This document shows positions 1-9,500 of a stretch of 30,112 nucleotides of DNA, in pieces (within the stretch, counting starts at the first letter, position 1; each line of letters begins with the position of its first letter). A model generated the notes under the pieces. It did not search any database. It saw only the letters and a program-made list of their open reading frames with translations, and was not told the origin of the DNA. Source of the stretch: a virus (taxonomy: Duplodnaviria > Caudoviricetes); the IMG/VR virus record IMGVR_UViG_3300007956_000009, positions 1 to 30,112 of that record; one strand, 5' to 3'. A program made the position numbers and the translations under genes.

Positions 1-924
1 ATCGTCACCAATTTGTTCGGAAACATAGATACGACCACCAACGTCATTCGTTGCTAGGTTGAGGACGTATTCTGTAGTAGCAATTTTATCTGATCTATCA
101 CCAAGTAGGGGAGTGATAGAACGGGGGAATATGCCAGACTCTCCACCTTCGCCATAAAAATTATCATTAATAGCATCGATTCTATAACCAATATGCTTGA
201 ATCGTACATCACCATTTGTAACTACCCCATCTTCATGTGTAGGGGGAAGAACATCACAAGTACCTTGATTTAATGCTTGGTAAACATTTTTACCAGCATA
301 AAAATAATCATTAATATTAATGGGTTCTGCTGCATCTGGAAATGGGTTTCCAGTACCATTCAAGAATACTTTAAGATGGGGAGCACGCACCTTGATATCT
401 GGGGTAACCAGGTTATCAATATCAAGGTTGAGAATATTTGCTGTATCAGAAATGATCGATGTAGACGTTCTGATAGCACCATTAATATCAAGTTCAAAAT
501 CAATAGTATCCAAGAATGCTTGGCCAGAAGCGCCAAATCCATTGCCACCATCAATAGTTACAACTGGGGCAATATCGTAACCATCGCCAGGATTGTCAAT
601 TAAGATAGAAATAATTCTACCAAAACTATCTGTATTGGCGGTAGCAACTGGGGTGATTCCTCCAGGTAAAGTTGGAGCAGAAAAATTAACAGTAGGGGTA
701 TCTGTGTAACCTGTACCAGAAGATAAAACATCAATACGTTCTACTCGTCTTCCAGTTCTATTGATACCAACACGAGGAAGATTTGTGCCAGAGTCAATAA
801 CCGCTTGAATAATCTCACGTTCATTCGACCCAGCGCCTGCTCGAAGACGTACTGAATTAGAACCGACGATGGTGGAATCTACGCCCCTAATCTGTTCTCT
901 GTCAGAATTAAACTGAAAACTCAT
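1..924 (-). CDS. Virion structural/fibre-like protein, 5' part only (308 codons, runs off the left edge); absent from the ORF track
   Basis: Manual translation from ATG at 924: MSFQFNSDREQIRGVDSTIVGSNSVRLRAG...GTGYTDTPTVNFSAPTLPGG...PGDGYDIAPVVTIDGGNGFGA...KIATTEYVLNLATNDVGGRIYVSEQIGDD, with no stop to position 1. A late promoter box lies 40 nt upstream. Contains GxGY..P modules typical of cyanophage tail proteins. Confidence 0.85.
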   Translation of the reverse strand, partial: MSFQFNSDREQIRGVDSTIVGSNSVRLRAGAGSNEREIIQAVIDSGTNLPRVGINRTGRRVERIDVLSSGTGYTDTPTVNFSAPTLPGGITPVATANTDSFGRIISILIDNPGDGYDIAPVVTIDGGNGFGASGQAFLDTIDFELDINGAIRTSTSIISDTANILNLDIDNLVTPDIKVRAPHLKVFLNGTGNPFPDAAEPININDYFYAGKNVYQALNQGTCDVLPPTHEDGVVTNGDVRFKHIGYRIDAINDNFYGEGGESGIFPRSITPLLGDRSDKIATTEYVLNLATNDVGGRIYVSEQIGDD

Positions 925-963
925 GTTACTACCCAGTCTACACTATGGTTTTATTCTCTTATC

Positions 964-970
964 TATTTAG
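964..970 (-). promoter_or_regulatory. T4-type late promoter, CTAAATA variant
   Basis: Plus-strand tatttag reads CTAAATA on the minus strand. It is intergenic, just after the stop of 973..1488 and 40 nt before ATG 924. It resembles the gp55 late consensus TATAAATA. Confidence 0.7.
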
Positions 971-972
971 CA

Positions 973-1488
973 TCATGTCCACTCAACACTGATTACTTGA
1001 ACGTATGCAATCCACTTAATAGTTTGACCTGGAGTACCACCTTGCTTGGCAACTGAATAACTAAATCTGTTTAGAGCTCCTGTATCAAAAAGTTCAGTTG
1101 TCCACGTTTCACCTGATGGGACGCTATCTTTGATGATAGTAAGTAAATTAGAAAGTTCCGTTGGAGCTCCGCTATCATCTACAGTCATTACAGATTCCTG
1201 TTTTATTGACAAATGTCCTGTGCCTAAATTATTTACCCCAATGATATGAGATGTAATAAAATTTACGCTACTAGATGAAACTGGAATCTGAGAGTTCTGA
1301 TTGTCTAATGATAGGACATCGGTAGTATTACCACTCAATACATATGAAGCGGCGTATTTATCGGAAAAACTAGAGTTTTTAATTTCAAGGGAATTGACAT
1401 TAATTAGATCTTTATTTTCATTAACTATGGTAAGATTTTCTACTGAAAATCCTCCCATTGAATCTAGTGGGGTTATATTGGATGCCAT
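973..1488 (-). CDS. Hypothetical protein, probably virion structural (171 aa, beta-rich)
   Basis: ORF track. Starts 6 nt after the stop of the 1617-aa gene and lies between two fibre-like genes. Confidence 0.75.
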   Translation of the reverse strand: MASNITPLDSMGGFSVENLTIVNENKDLINVNSLEIKNSSFSDKYAASYVLSGNTTDVLSLDNQNSQIPVSSSSVNFITSHIIGVNNLGTGHLSIKQESVMTVDDSGAPTELSNLLTIIKDSVPSGETWTTELFDTGALNRFSYSVAKQGGTPGQTIKWIAYVQVISVEWT

Positions 1489-1494
1489 TTACTG

Positions 1495-4400
1495 TTACCT
1501 CTTGGTGATGGTTTTTACAAATGTAATTTCAACATTATCATTTAGTCCTAAAGCAGAGTCCAAAGTAACTGTAATTCTAGAGTTATTTAAACCATCAATA
1601 TCAAAAGTTGATGTGATAATATCAACACCACTCTTGATATTATTAATTTCGGTGTAGTAAAGATTAGTACCATCATCAATAACATTATATTCTACAATTT
1701 CTTTAGATCCAGTAGTAGTATTAACTGCTGTAACCAAAACTTTACCAGAAGACTCAGTAGACAAATTATATAGAGTGGCATTACCAGCACCACCTGATTG
1801 TCTAGTAAGAGTAAGTCTAGAGGTATTCAATCTAAAGTGATTTAAATCTAGGTTTGTTAGTTCATCATCTAGAAGAGTAATATTATCTGGAGTTCCTGTT
1901 GTAAATCCTAGGTTGTAAATAACATCACCTGTATTTGTCAGTCTGAATAAATGATCATTGTTAAGACCAGATGAAAGACCAATATCAAGTTTATCCTTTG
2001 TGGAGTAGATAAAAGTAGTATCGGCAACAGTATGATCGATGTTCAACGCTAGACTGGAGATTCCTAAAGTTTCACCATTGAGATTTAATACTTCACTTGT
2101 AGACTCAATAGTGTCAACTGAATCCAAAGTCATTGCTGTCGTGGACAACCTCATGCTGTTGCTTCCAGCATTGAAGAAGTATAAAATATCTTCGTCAGCA
2201 CCAGGAGCAGTTTCTGCTGTGATTTTAGTATCTTGGTCGATATCTTTTACTCCACCAAGACCACCCCATTGTGCTCCGTTGTATCCTTCAAACTGACTAT
2301 CGTCAGTATTGTACCTAACAGAACCCTGGACAGGATTACCTTTAGCATTGTTATCTCCCACAGGAAGAACAAGAGAAGATTGGCAATCAATCTCAACTTT
2401 TTGACTTCCATTAGGACTGATAATAATGTCATTCGTAAAGGAAGACATTGTGTTTCCAGAGAACTTCAGTTCATTATTAACAGAGAAAGAAGTAAATCCA
2501 AGAGGATCAATTTTTACTTCGGTAATTTCGTCAAAAGTCAGTGGAGAAACTGCCGAAACATACCAAGATAAAATTACATCTCCACTGGTAGCATCACCAG
2601 AAGTATGAGTAGGTTCGGACCCAGAAGCAGCGAGTAGATTTGTTCCACTAGGATTAGCAACCGTAGTTACTTCGTAAATATTATTCTGATACTTGAGGAA
2701 ATCTCCAAGAGAAACTGGTGATTGAGCAGCAAAGTTAACGTAACTAGGAGCACTCACGTTTATGGATTTTACTTTCTTTACATTAACAAACTCTAGATAA
2801 GATGGAGAAACTTTTAGTGTATTGACACCATCATTAATAAACCATAGCGTATTGTCATTGGCACCTACAGTTTCTTCAGCAAGAATTGTGGTATTACCAT
2901 CCAAATCTCTAACACCACCAAGAGAAGACCACTGAGCATTAGCAGAACTATAACCTTCATACGAATTGGTCTCGGTGTTAAATCTAATAGCACCATCTTG
3001 AGCGATGGGAGTGATAGGACGTTGAGATGTAGTTCCTATTGGAATAACTAAAGCGGTACTAGTGTCTACTTTAGCAACTCTATTCAAAGCAGGAATCATA
3101 GTGATGTCACTAGTTCCTGTAGTAGTAATTTCATTATCAGCAATAGTAAGAACATTGTTAATATTCAGTCCAGCATTTGCTCTAACATTACCTTGAGTAA
3201 CTAGGTTACCGTCACCACTAGTGATAGTGAGTTTACTCTCCCCAACCGTTACATTACCTTCAATAGTGAGGTCAGAAGAATCTAATACTAAAGTGCTACT
3301 AGATTCAACTTTATCTGTAATAACTTTCTGCTGTACGTTAATAGTTTTTGTTGAGATTAAAGTATCTACAGTAAGATCGTCAATAGTTCCAGTCTCTACA
3401 TCAAGATCCTGAGCAATTACTTTACCATTGAGGACATCTAAAGTAATTACATCTTGATCAGAAACATTAGTAAGAGTAACTACTAATCCACTACCAAAAG
3501 TCTTTGGATTATTTGGGTCAATTGTAATTTGAGCTCCACCACCCATTCCAGCATGACTAGATGTACTATCTGATCCACCAGAAGTACAGAAGTAATAAAG
3601 TGTAGGAGTGTCTGCTGTGACCTTTAATCTAAGACCGTCACTGGCGACTACTACACCATTAGTATAAGAAGTACCAGTAAATGTTAGTGTTGCTGCTCCA
3701 CTACCAGATGGGTTCTCAGATAAAGTTAATTGTGTACCACTATCAACTGATTCGACAACAGTATCTAGAGATAGAGTACCATCACCAGAAGCAGTAATTG
3801 CCATTCCAGGGAAAATCCCAGTAGTAGAAGCAACTAAGATTGAAGGACTGGTGGCAGCAAGAGTTGTAGTAATATTATCTACTGTATTATATGATCCACC
3901 ATCATAAGCACTTAGAGCAAAGTTGTGACTACCGTTAGATGAATCTGTGGTGTCAAATAGATATGTGCTGCCAACATAAACAGATAGGTTTGGTGTAAGT
4001 ACGCCATCAATATAAAACTTACTTCTGTCAGATGCTGTGTCGATTTCTAAAGTTGTAGCATTACCTTGTTTGGTAATATTATCTCCGCTACTAACTCCCA
4101 AAGTTTCTACTAATACTGAGGTAATATTAGCACCCCCAGTAGTTACTTTAGCAACTACACCAGACGAAGCAATTGTACCATCATCATATTCTAATGTGTC
4201 TCCAACTACAATAAATCCTGCTGCTGGAGGAGATACAAAAGTTAGTTCTTGAAAATCTTGTACAGTTACGGCACGAGTAATTGGTTGTACTAAATTTGTG
4301 CCATCTACGGTTAGAGTATCTAATCTGGAATAACCATTACCACCATTATCTACATCAACAAGGTTTACAGCACCAATAGAATCAACAGTAAATTCAAAAT

Positions 4401-6348
4401 TGGTAGTTGGAGCTCCCCATGGTGGGGAGAATGATAGGGTCACATCTCCTGCCGAAGTAGCATCTTCCGATAGAGTAATAGTATTCGTACCAGCATCAAC
4501 AGAACTAATTGTTGATCCTGATGCAAGTACTCCGCTTCCACCAGTTACCGTGACTAAATAACCTACACCAATTCCCCCAGCAAGACTTGAAACTATAATA
4601 TCAGTAACATTGCCAGTAGAAGCAAATGTCAATGATGCCGTTCCAGCAACATCAGGGGCAGCAGATATAGTAACAGTGTTGCCAGCAACATTGGTTACCG
4701 TAGTTCCTGCTGGTACTTGACCAGTCTCGATAATAGAAGATGTTACTCCCTGTCCAACAACAATACCAATAGCACTAGGAACGCTAAAAGAAGTTCCTGT
4801 TCCCAAAGTAACTGACAAATCAGAAACCGTTCCATTAGTAACACCAGTTACTCCAGTGACAGTACCACCAAGTCCTAGTAAATCTCCTGCTTGATACCCA
4901 GTTCCTTTTACATCAAAGTTGACATTAGATACCTGTCCAGGATTTGTGGTAACCGTAAATTGGAATCCGCTACCGCCACCGCCACCAAGATCAGAATCGC
5001 TAGCAGATAGAACATCGTCTTTTAGATAGTTATTACCCTGATCCGTGACTGAAATATTAGCTACAACACCAGTAAAAGAAATACCTGCTAGTGTGTATAA
5101 GAATCCAGATCCACCAGACAAACTAGATTGAACATCTCCAGGATTAACAAATAGTGTATCGCCTATTTCATAATTTTGACCTGAGTCTGTGATAGTTACA
5201 TCAATAACAGAACCACTAGAAATTTCAACAGTTGCTTGAATACCATTACCACCGTTACCAGGAGTTCCTGCTTGTACAGAAATGTTGTTGCCCATTCCAG
5301 AGTGAACCTGGCAGATATATTGTATGGTTTCTGTAGAAGCATCTGGTCCTACTGTGATATAAACAGCAGCACCAGCATTTCCTTGAGCACCAATTTCAAT
5401 AGTAGAGTAGTTATCAGTACCTAATTGGAGTCCGCCGCTATCCGCGAAGGCAAATGGGTGTCCAGAAAGAGTGGCACTACTTAGATCAAATTTATATGTA
5501 TTACCTTTCTCGAAAACGAGTGTTGGATTATCTAGACTGTCAATCTGATAAATGTTGTCGGGTGGAGGGGATCCAGGATTAGATACAACACTGACGGTGT
5601 ATGTTGTTGCTGGTACGTTGATTAGTTGTACGTCACTATATACGCTATCTGTATAGTTACTACCAGCATTAGTAATATTACCAGTAAAGATGGTATCTCC
5701 ATTTACTGTAATATCTGCTTCCGCCCCAGTTCCATTTCCACCTGTTAGTGGTACGGCACTATAAGTTCCTGGCGTATAGGCAGAACCCTCGGTAGTAATC
5801 TCGCCACTGATACCATCAATTGCTAGAGAAGCTTCCGCCCCACTTCCATTTCCACCAGTAACAGCAACACCAGAATAATTTCCTCCAGTGTATCCATTGC
5901 CATTATTAGTAATGGTTCCAACAAATTCAGTTACTTCGATGTCAAATGTAGAACCTTCACCTGTGCCGCCTAAAACAGCAATATCTTCATAAGTTCCTGG
6001 ATCGTAATTTGATCCAGAGTTGGTAATTTCTAAATCATTGGATGAGATAACACGCTTCTGAACAATCAGATTTTTGTAGTTAACTTGACCAGCGGTTGTA
6101 ATATCAAATAGATTTTTTCCAGCAGATACAAAACCAATCCTACCTACATCTGGTCTAAAAATACCTAGAGATGCTTCATTAATGAATGATAGTGACGGCA
6201 CACCTCTGGTGCCATCACCTAATTTCAAATTACCTGTTGATAGGTCACTGCCACCTTGAGAGATCGAAAATAAATTCGCCCCAATATCATTAATTTTTTG
6301 CCTTTGATTCTCAAAGGTGTCTGTTCTACTAACGTTAATTGCTGGCAT
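1495..6348 (-). CDS. Tail fibre / baseplate-associated structural protein (1617 aa) with nested Gly-rich repeats and two cupredoxin-like modules
   Basis: N-terminal V..TDTFE.QR.KIN motif of cyanophage fibre proteins; multiple GxxY...GGxG repeats; duplicated LxxPxG...G.(I/V)R(F/Y)NT....EGY...W..LGGV.D module; YICQVHSGMG and YYFC...HAGMG motifs. Confidence 0.85.
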   Translation of the reverse strand: MPAINVSRTDTFENQRQKINDIGANLFSISQGGSDLSTGNLKLGDGTRGVPSLSFINEASLGIFRPDVGRIGFVSAGKNLFDITTAGQVNYKNLIVQKRVISSNDLEITNSGSNYDPGTYEDIAVLGGTGEGSTFDIEVTEFVGTITNNGNGYTGGNYSGVAVTGGNGSGAEASLAIDGISGEITTEGSAYTPGTYSAVPLTGGNGTGAEADITVNGDTIFTGNITNAGSNYTDSVYSDVQLINVPATTYTVSVVSNPGSPPPDNIYQIDSLDNPTLVFEKGNTYKFDLSSATLSGHPFAFADSGGLQLGTDNYSTIEIGAQGNAGAAVYITVGPDASTETIQYICQVHSGMGNNISVQAGTPGNGGNGIQATVEISSGSVIDVTITDSGQNYEIGDTLFVNPGDVQSSLSGGSGFLYTLAGISFTGVVANISVTDQGNNYLKDDVLSASDSDLGGGGGSGFQFTVTTNPGQVSNVNFDVKGTGYQAGDLLGLGGTVTGVTGVTNGTVSDLSVTLGTGTSFSVPSAIGIVVGQGVTSSIIETGQVPAGTTVTNVAGNTVTISAAPDVAGTASLTFASTGNVTDIIVSSLAGGIGVGYLVTVTGGSGVLASGSTISSVDAGTNTITLSEDATSAGDVTLSFSPPWGAPTTNFEFTVDSIGAVNLVDVDNGGNGYSRLDTLTVDGTNLVQPITRAVTVQDFQELTFVSPPAAGFIVVGDTLEYDDGTIASSGVVAKVTTGGANITSVLVETLGVSSGDNITKQGNATTLEIDTASDRSKFYIDGVLTPNLSVYVGSTYLFDTTDSSNGSHNFALSAYDGGSYNTVDNITTTLAATSPSILVASTTGIFPGMAITASGDGTLSLDTVVESVDSGTQLTLSENPSGSGAATLTFTGTSYTNGVVVASDGLRLKVTADTPTLYYFCTSGGSDSTSSHAGMGGGAQITIDPNNPKTFGSGLVVTLTNVSDQDVITLDVLNGKVIAQDLDVETGTIDDLTVDTLISTKTINVQQKVITDKVESSSTLVLDSSDLTIEGNVTVGESKLTITSGDGNLVTQGNVRANAGLNINNVLTIADNEITTTGTSDITMIPALNRVAKVDTSTALVIPIGTTSQRPITPIAQDGAIRFNTETNSYEGYSSANAQWSSLGGVRDLDGNTTILAEETVGANDNTLWFINDGVNTLKVSPSYLEFVNVKKVKSINVSAPSYVNFAAQSPVSLGDFLKYQNNIYEVTTVANPSGTNLLAASGSEPTHTSGDATSGDVILSWYVSAVSPLTFDEITEVKIDPLGFTSFSVNNELKFSGNTMSSFTNDIIISPNGSQKVEIDCQSSLVLPVGDNNAKGNPVQGSVRYNTDDSQFEGYNGAQWGGLGGVKDIDQDTKITAETAPGADEDILYFFNAGSNSMRLSTTAMTLDSVDTIESTSEVLNLNGETLGISSLALNIDHTVADTTFIYSTKDKLDIGLSSGLNNDHLFRLTNTGDVIYNLGFTTGTPDNITLLDDELTNLDLNHFRLNTSRLTLTRQSGGAGNATLYNLSTESSGKVLVTAVNTTTGSKEIVEYNVIDDGTNLYYTEINNIKSGVDIITSTFDIDGLNNSRITVTLDSALGLNDNVEITFVKTITKR

Positions 6349-6535
6349 TTCTTACGATCTCTTTAAGAAGTAATTTGATTTCAGATAGTTCGTCCTTCAA
6401 AGTATTTATGTCCTCTAGTACATTGTTGAATGTACTAGAAAAGTTTCTAGGAGCGGGTTTGTCGGTGTTGACAATCGCCCCTGTAGTAACATCACGAAAA
6501 AGATTTTCATGACCCTCGACTTTGAGATATCTCAT
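6335..6535 (-). CDS. Small conserved phage hypothetical protein (66 aa) with a C-terminal coiled coil
   Basis: TGATG overlap with the upstream stop at 6535. KVEGH.NL.RD..TGAIVN motif recalled from T4-like cyanophages. Heptad pattern in LEDINTLKDELSEIKLLLKEI. Confidence 0.8.
   Translation of the reverse strand: MRYLKVEGHENLFRDVTTGAIVNTDKPAPRNFSSTFNNVLEDINTLKDELSEIKLLLKEIVRNASN
6403..6410 (-). promoter_or_regulatory. Late promoter (CATAAATA) embedded in the 66-aa ORF
   Basis: Plus-strand tatttatg, 54 nt upstream of ATG 6348, encoded within the D-I-N-T codons. Confidence 0.55.
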
Positions 6536-9500
6536 CAGTATGATGCTACAGCTCTCAAGTCTTGAATTTTGGGTACGTATGAAGGATCATCAGTCTTCAT
6601 GATAATTTTAATAGCGAAAGATGTAAATTCAGGTAAGTTAGAAGCACTGAATCTCAATTCTTGATAGTCAGTTTGCTTTTCAAATTGTCCCGAAATAGAA
6701 TTTGCTGAAGTAGCAAGATTGTCTATATCTGGATTTCCATTTTTGTTAAATGGAACCCAGTTGATATCATCAAAGTTTGCTGAACTAGAAGACTCTCTAA
6801 GTTTATAGTATATCTTAATATTTTCAACATCAGTAAGATTCATTGTAGATCTCACATCAATAGCAGATCCAGCATTATCAATGAATACTTCTTTAGTTAC
6901 ATACTTAGCAACTGAAGAACTATTAACAGCATCCGTTTCTGGTACATAATCAACACCTGTTGTGTAATCTATAGTATTAATTTGAATAAACTTAGGAGTA
7001 TCATCTCCTGTGGATTGAACAACATCACCAACCCTAAAGATGTCAGGTTGTTGAGCACTATCAACTTGGTTTCTAGCGTAAGCTTCTGATTGTGATGTAG
7101 AAGCACTGTAATTATTATTAATAGGTTGATAAGAGTTTTCTACAATTAGAATTTTATCTTCGGCATCCCATAGGATAACCTTGCCATTAATCTTATTAGC
7201 ATAACTTACTGACTCATCTGTTGGGGAATAAGCAATTACATTAGAACCAACACTGAAGTTAAACTCAATTTCGGAAATTGTAGTAATAGTAATTCCGACA
7301 TTAGAAATTTCTACTCCGTCTGTACCAATTAGATTTAGAGCTTCTCCTTGCTGGAAAGGAGTTACCGTTTTTAGTCTAATAGTAGCATTGTTGTTTTCGT
7401 AATTAGTAATCAAACCTTCTGCTTTAGAAGTTTGTCCAACTACAGAAAGATTTTCGTCAACCTGTCCAGCATTTGATCCAGTTACAGCAAAGGCAAGTGA
7501 ATATAAAGGTTGGAAAGTAACAATTTGATCTCTCTTGCCATATCTATCTTCATATCCAGTAGCGTTTTCAATTCTGTTGCTAGCTGTCTTGACAGTAGCA
7601 GTTCGTAGATCGAGTACAGGTGATAGAACAGAAGTATCTGTGGTTAACTTGAATTTATACTTAAGTGAATATGGTAGACCATTCATAGTTTGGTTGATTC
7701 TAGAAGCAACCATTTTCTGATTAGTAAAGAAGTGCTCTTCACCTAAGAAAGTTTTTTCATAATCAACAGAACTATAGGAGAGGTAATTCTTAGTATTAGA
7801 ATCGACAGGAACTACGTCAGTAGTAGCAACAAACGATTCAATTTTAGTACCATCTAGTTGTAGGTATGGAACCTGAGCATATAGTCGCTCGAATTTTCTG
7901 TTGTAGGAAGCAAGAACCGTATTTCCACCACCGATGATACTAGATCCAGCACCGTTTAGACTTGTGACGTTATAAGAATCAATACCAGAATTAGAAACTT
8001 TGTATAGTCTTTGATTCAATGTAACTCCAGAGATACCACCAACATCTTGTGCTTCTTGGAAGAATACATAAGAGTTTCCAGTATCTTCAAAACCATTATC
8101 TCTGTGATAAACTTTAACAACGGAATTATTGTTCTTGAATAGTGGTGAAGTAGCATTAGTAGCAGATCTTACACTAGTCTCGAAAGGAGATATCTGTAAT
8201 TTTTCATAACCTAGATTTTCGTTAGTAACTTCAATCTCGCCGCCAGTAGTATCAAACTCAGCACGATACATGATGAATTTAATATCTTCAAATAAATCTT
8301 CTGTCCAGTCATCAGTATTCTGAGATTTGTATACAGAACCTAGAGAAGGTTGTGTAGTGACAATATTACTTGTAGAAATCTCTTCCTCCCCAAGGACTGA
8401 CGCCCATAGTTCGTATTCAATAGAGTCGGTCTCGATAGTAAGAGCATACTCAGTATTGTTCTGTAGATATACAGGATGCTTGAAATCAAATCTAGTTGGA
8501 GTGATGGATTCTGTTACACCACTGTAATCAATAGCAACACCCATTCTTACAGCAGGTGTATCAATCTCGATGATAGATTCGATAACAGCTCCAGCGGCAC
8601 CAAGACCTACGCCCTTGACAACAACTGATGGTGGTTCGGTATAACCTCTTCCAGTAAGCGAAACTTCACAGTTGTATACCTTTCCATCCGAGACAGAAAT
8701 AGAACCTGTTGCTGAGGATCCACCAGGCAACTGAGGACTTTCAATGACAATAGAAGCAGTCTCATAACTAGAACCAACAGCACTAACCCTCAAGTCAGTT
8801 ACTTTACCCGAATCCTTAGCAATGAATATTCCTAGGGTAGTATTGTTTGTAGCATTGAATGCCGTGACAGAAGGAATTGATAGCGACTCATTTGCCACAA
8901 ATGTACTTCCATTATGATTACCAAGAACAAGTGTGTAAACCTGTTCCTTATTCATTTGGAATGAACTACTGGTGTCATCACCAACTCTAACCAAATTAGA
9001 ATCAAATACCTTAGCAATAGGACCAGCAGCATTGGAGGTTTTGCCAGTTACAAATTCATCAAGGCTAACAGTAACAGTTTCAGTCTCTCCAGTTACATAA
9101 ACTCTTAGGTATGTTTCTGGGGTTAGTGATACTTGTGTACCAGGAACAATATTTTTGCCTGGTTTTCCAGCAGCAACATCTGTTAGATATGCTCTAATAG
9201 GGATAGTCTCACTCTTTTTATTGAAGAACAGATCAACACCAGTTGTCATCAGACCGCCATCAAAGTTCTCAATCTTGAACGTTTGGGCAAGTGGATTTGG
9301 TTTGATAGGGTTATCAGTATTGCTATCAACTAGTTGTACACCCTCATTCGCTTTGAAGAATGAAGTAGCAGTTGATGTAATACTAGGTGGATTAGAAGGA
9401 GTAGTTCCAGAAGCATAGTACTTGACCTCAGCATAAGAATCAACTTCGTTCTTATCAGCGTCATCAGAAGCAGATGTAAATCTGATGGTCTTTGTACCTG

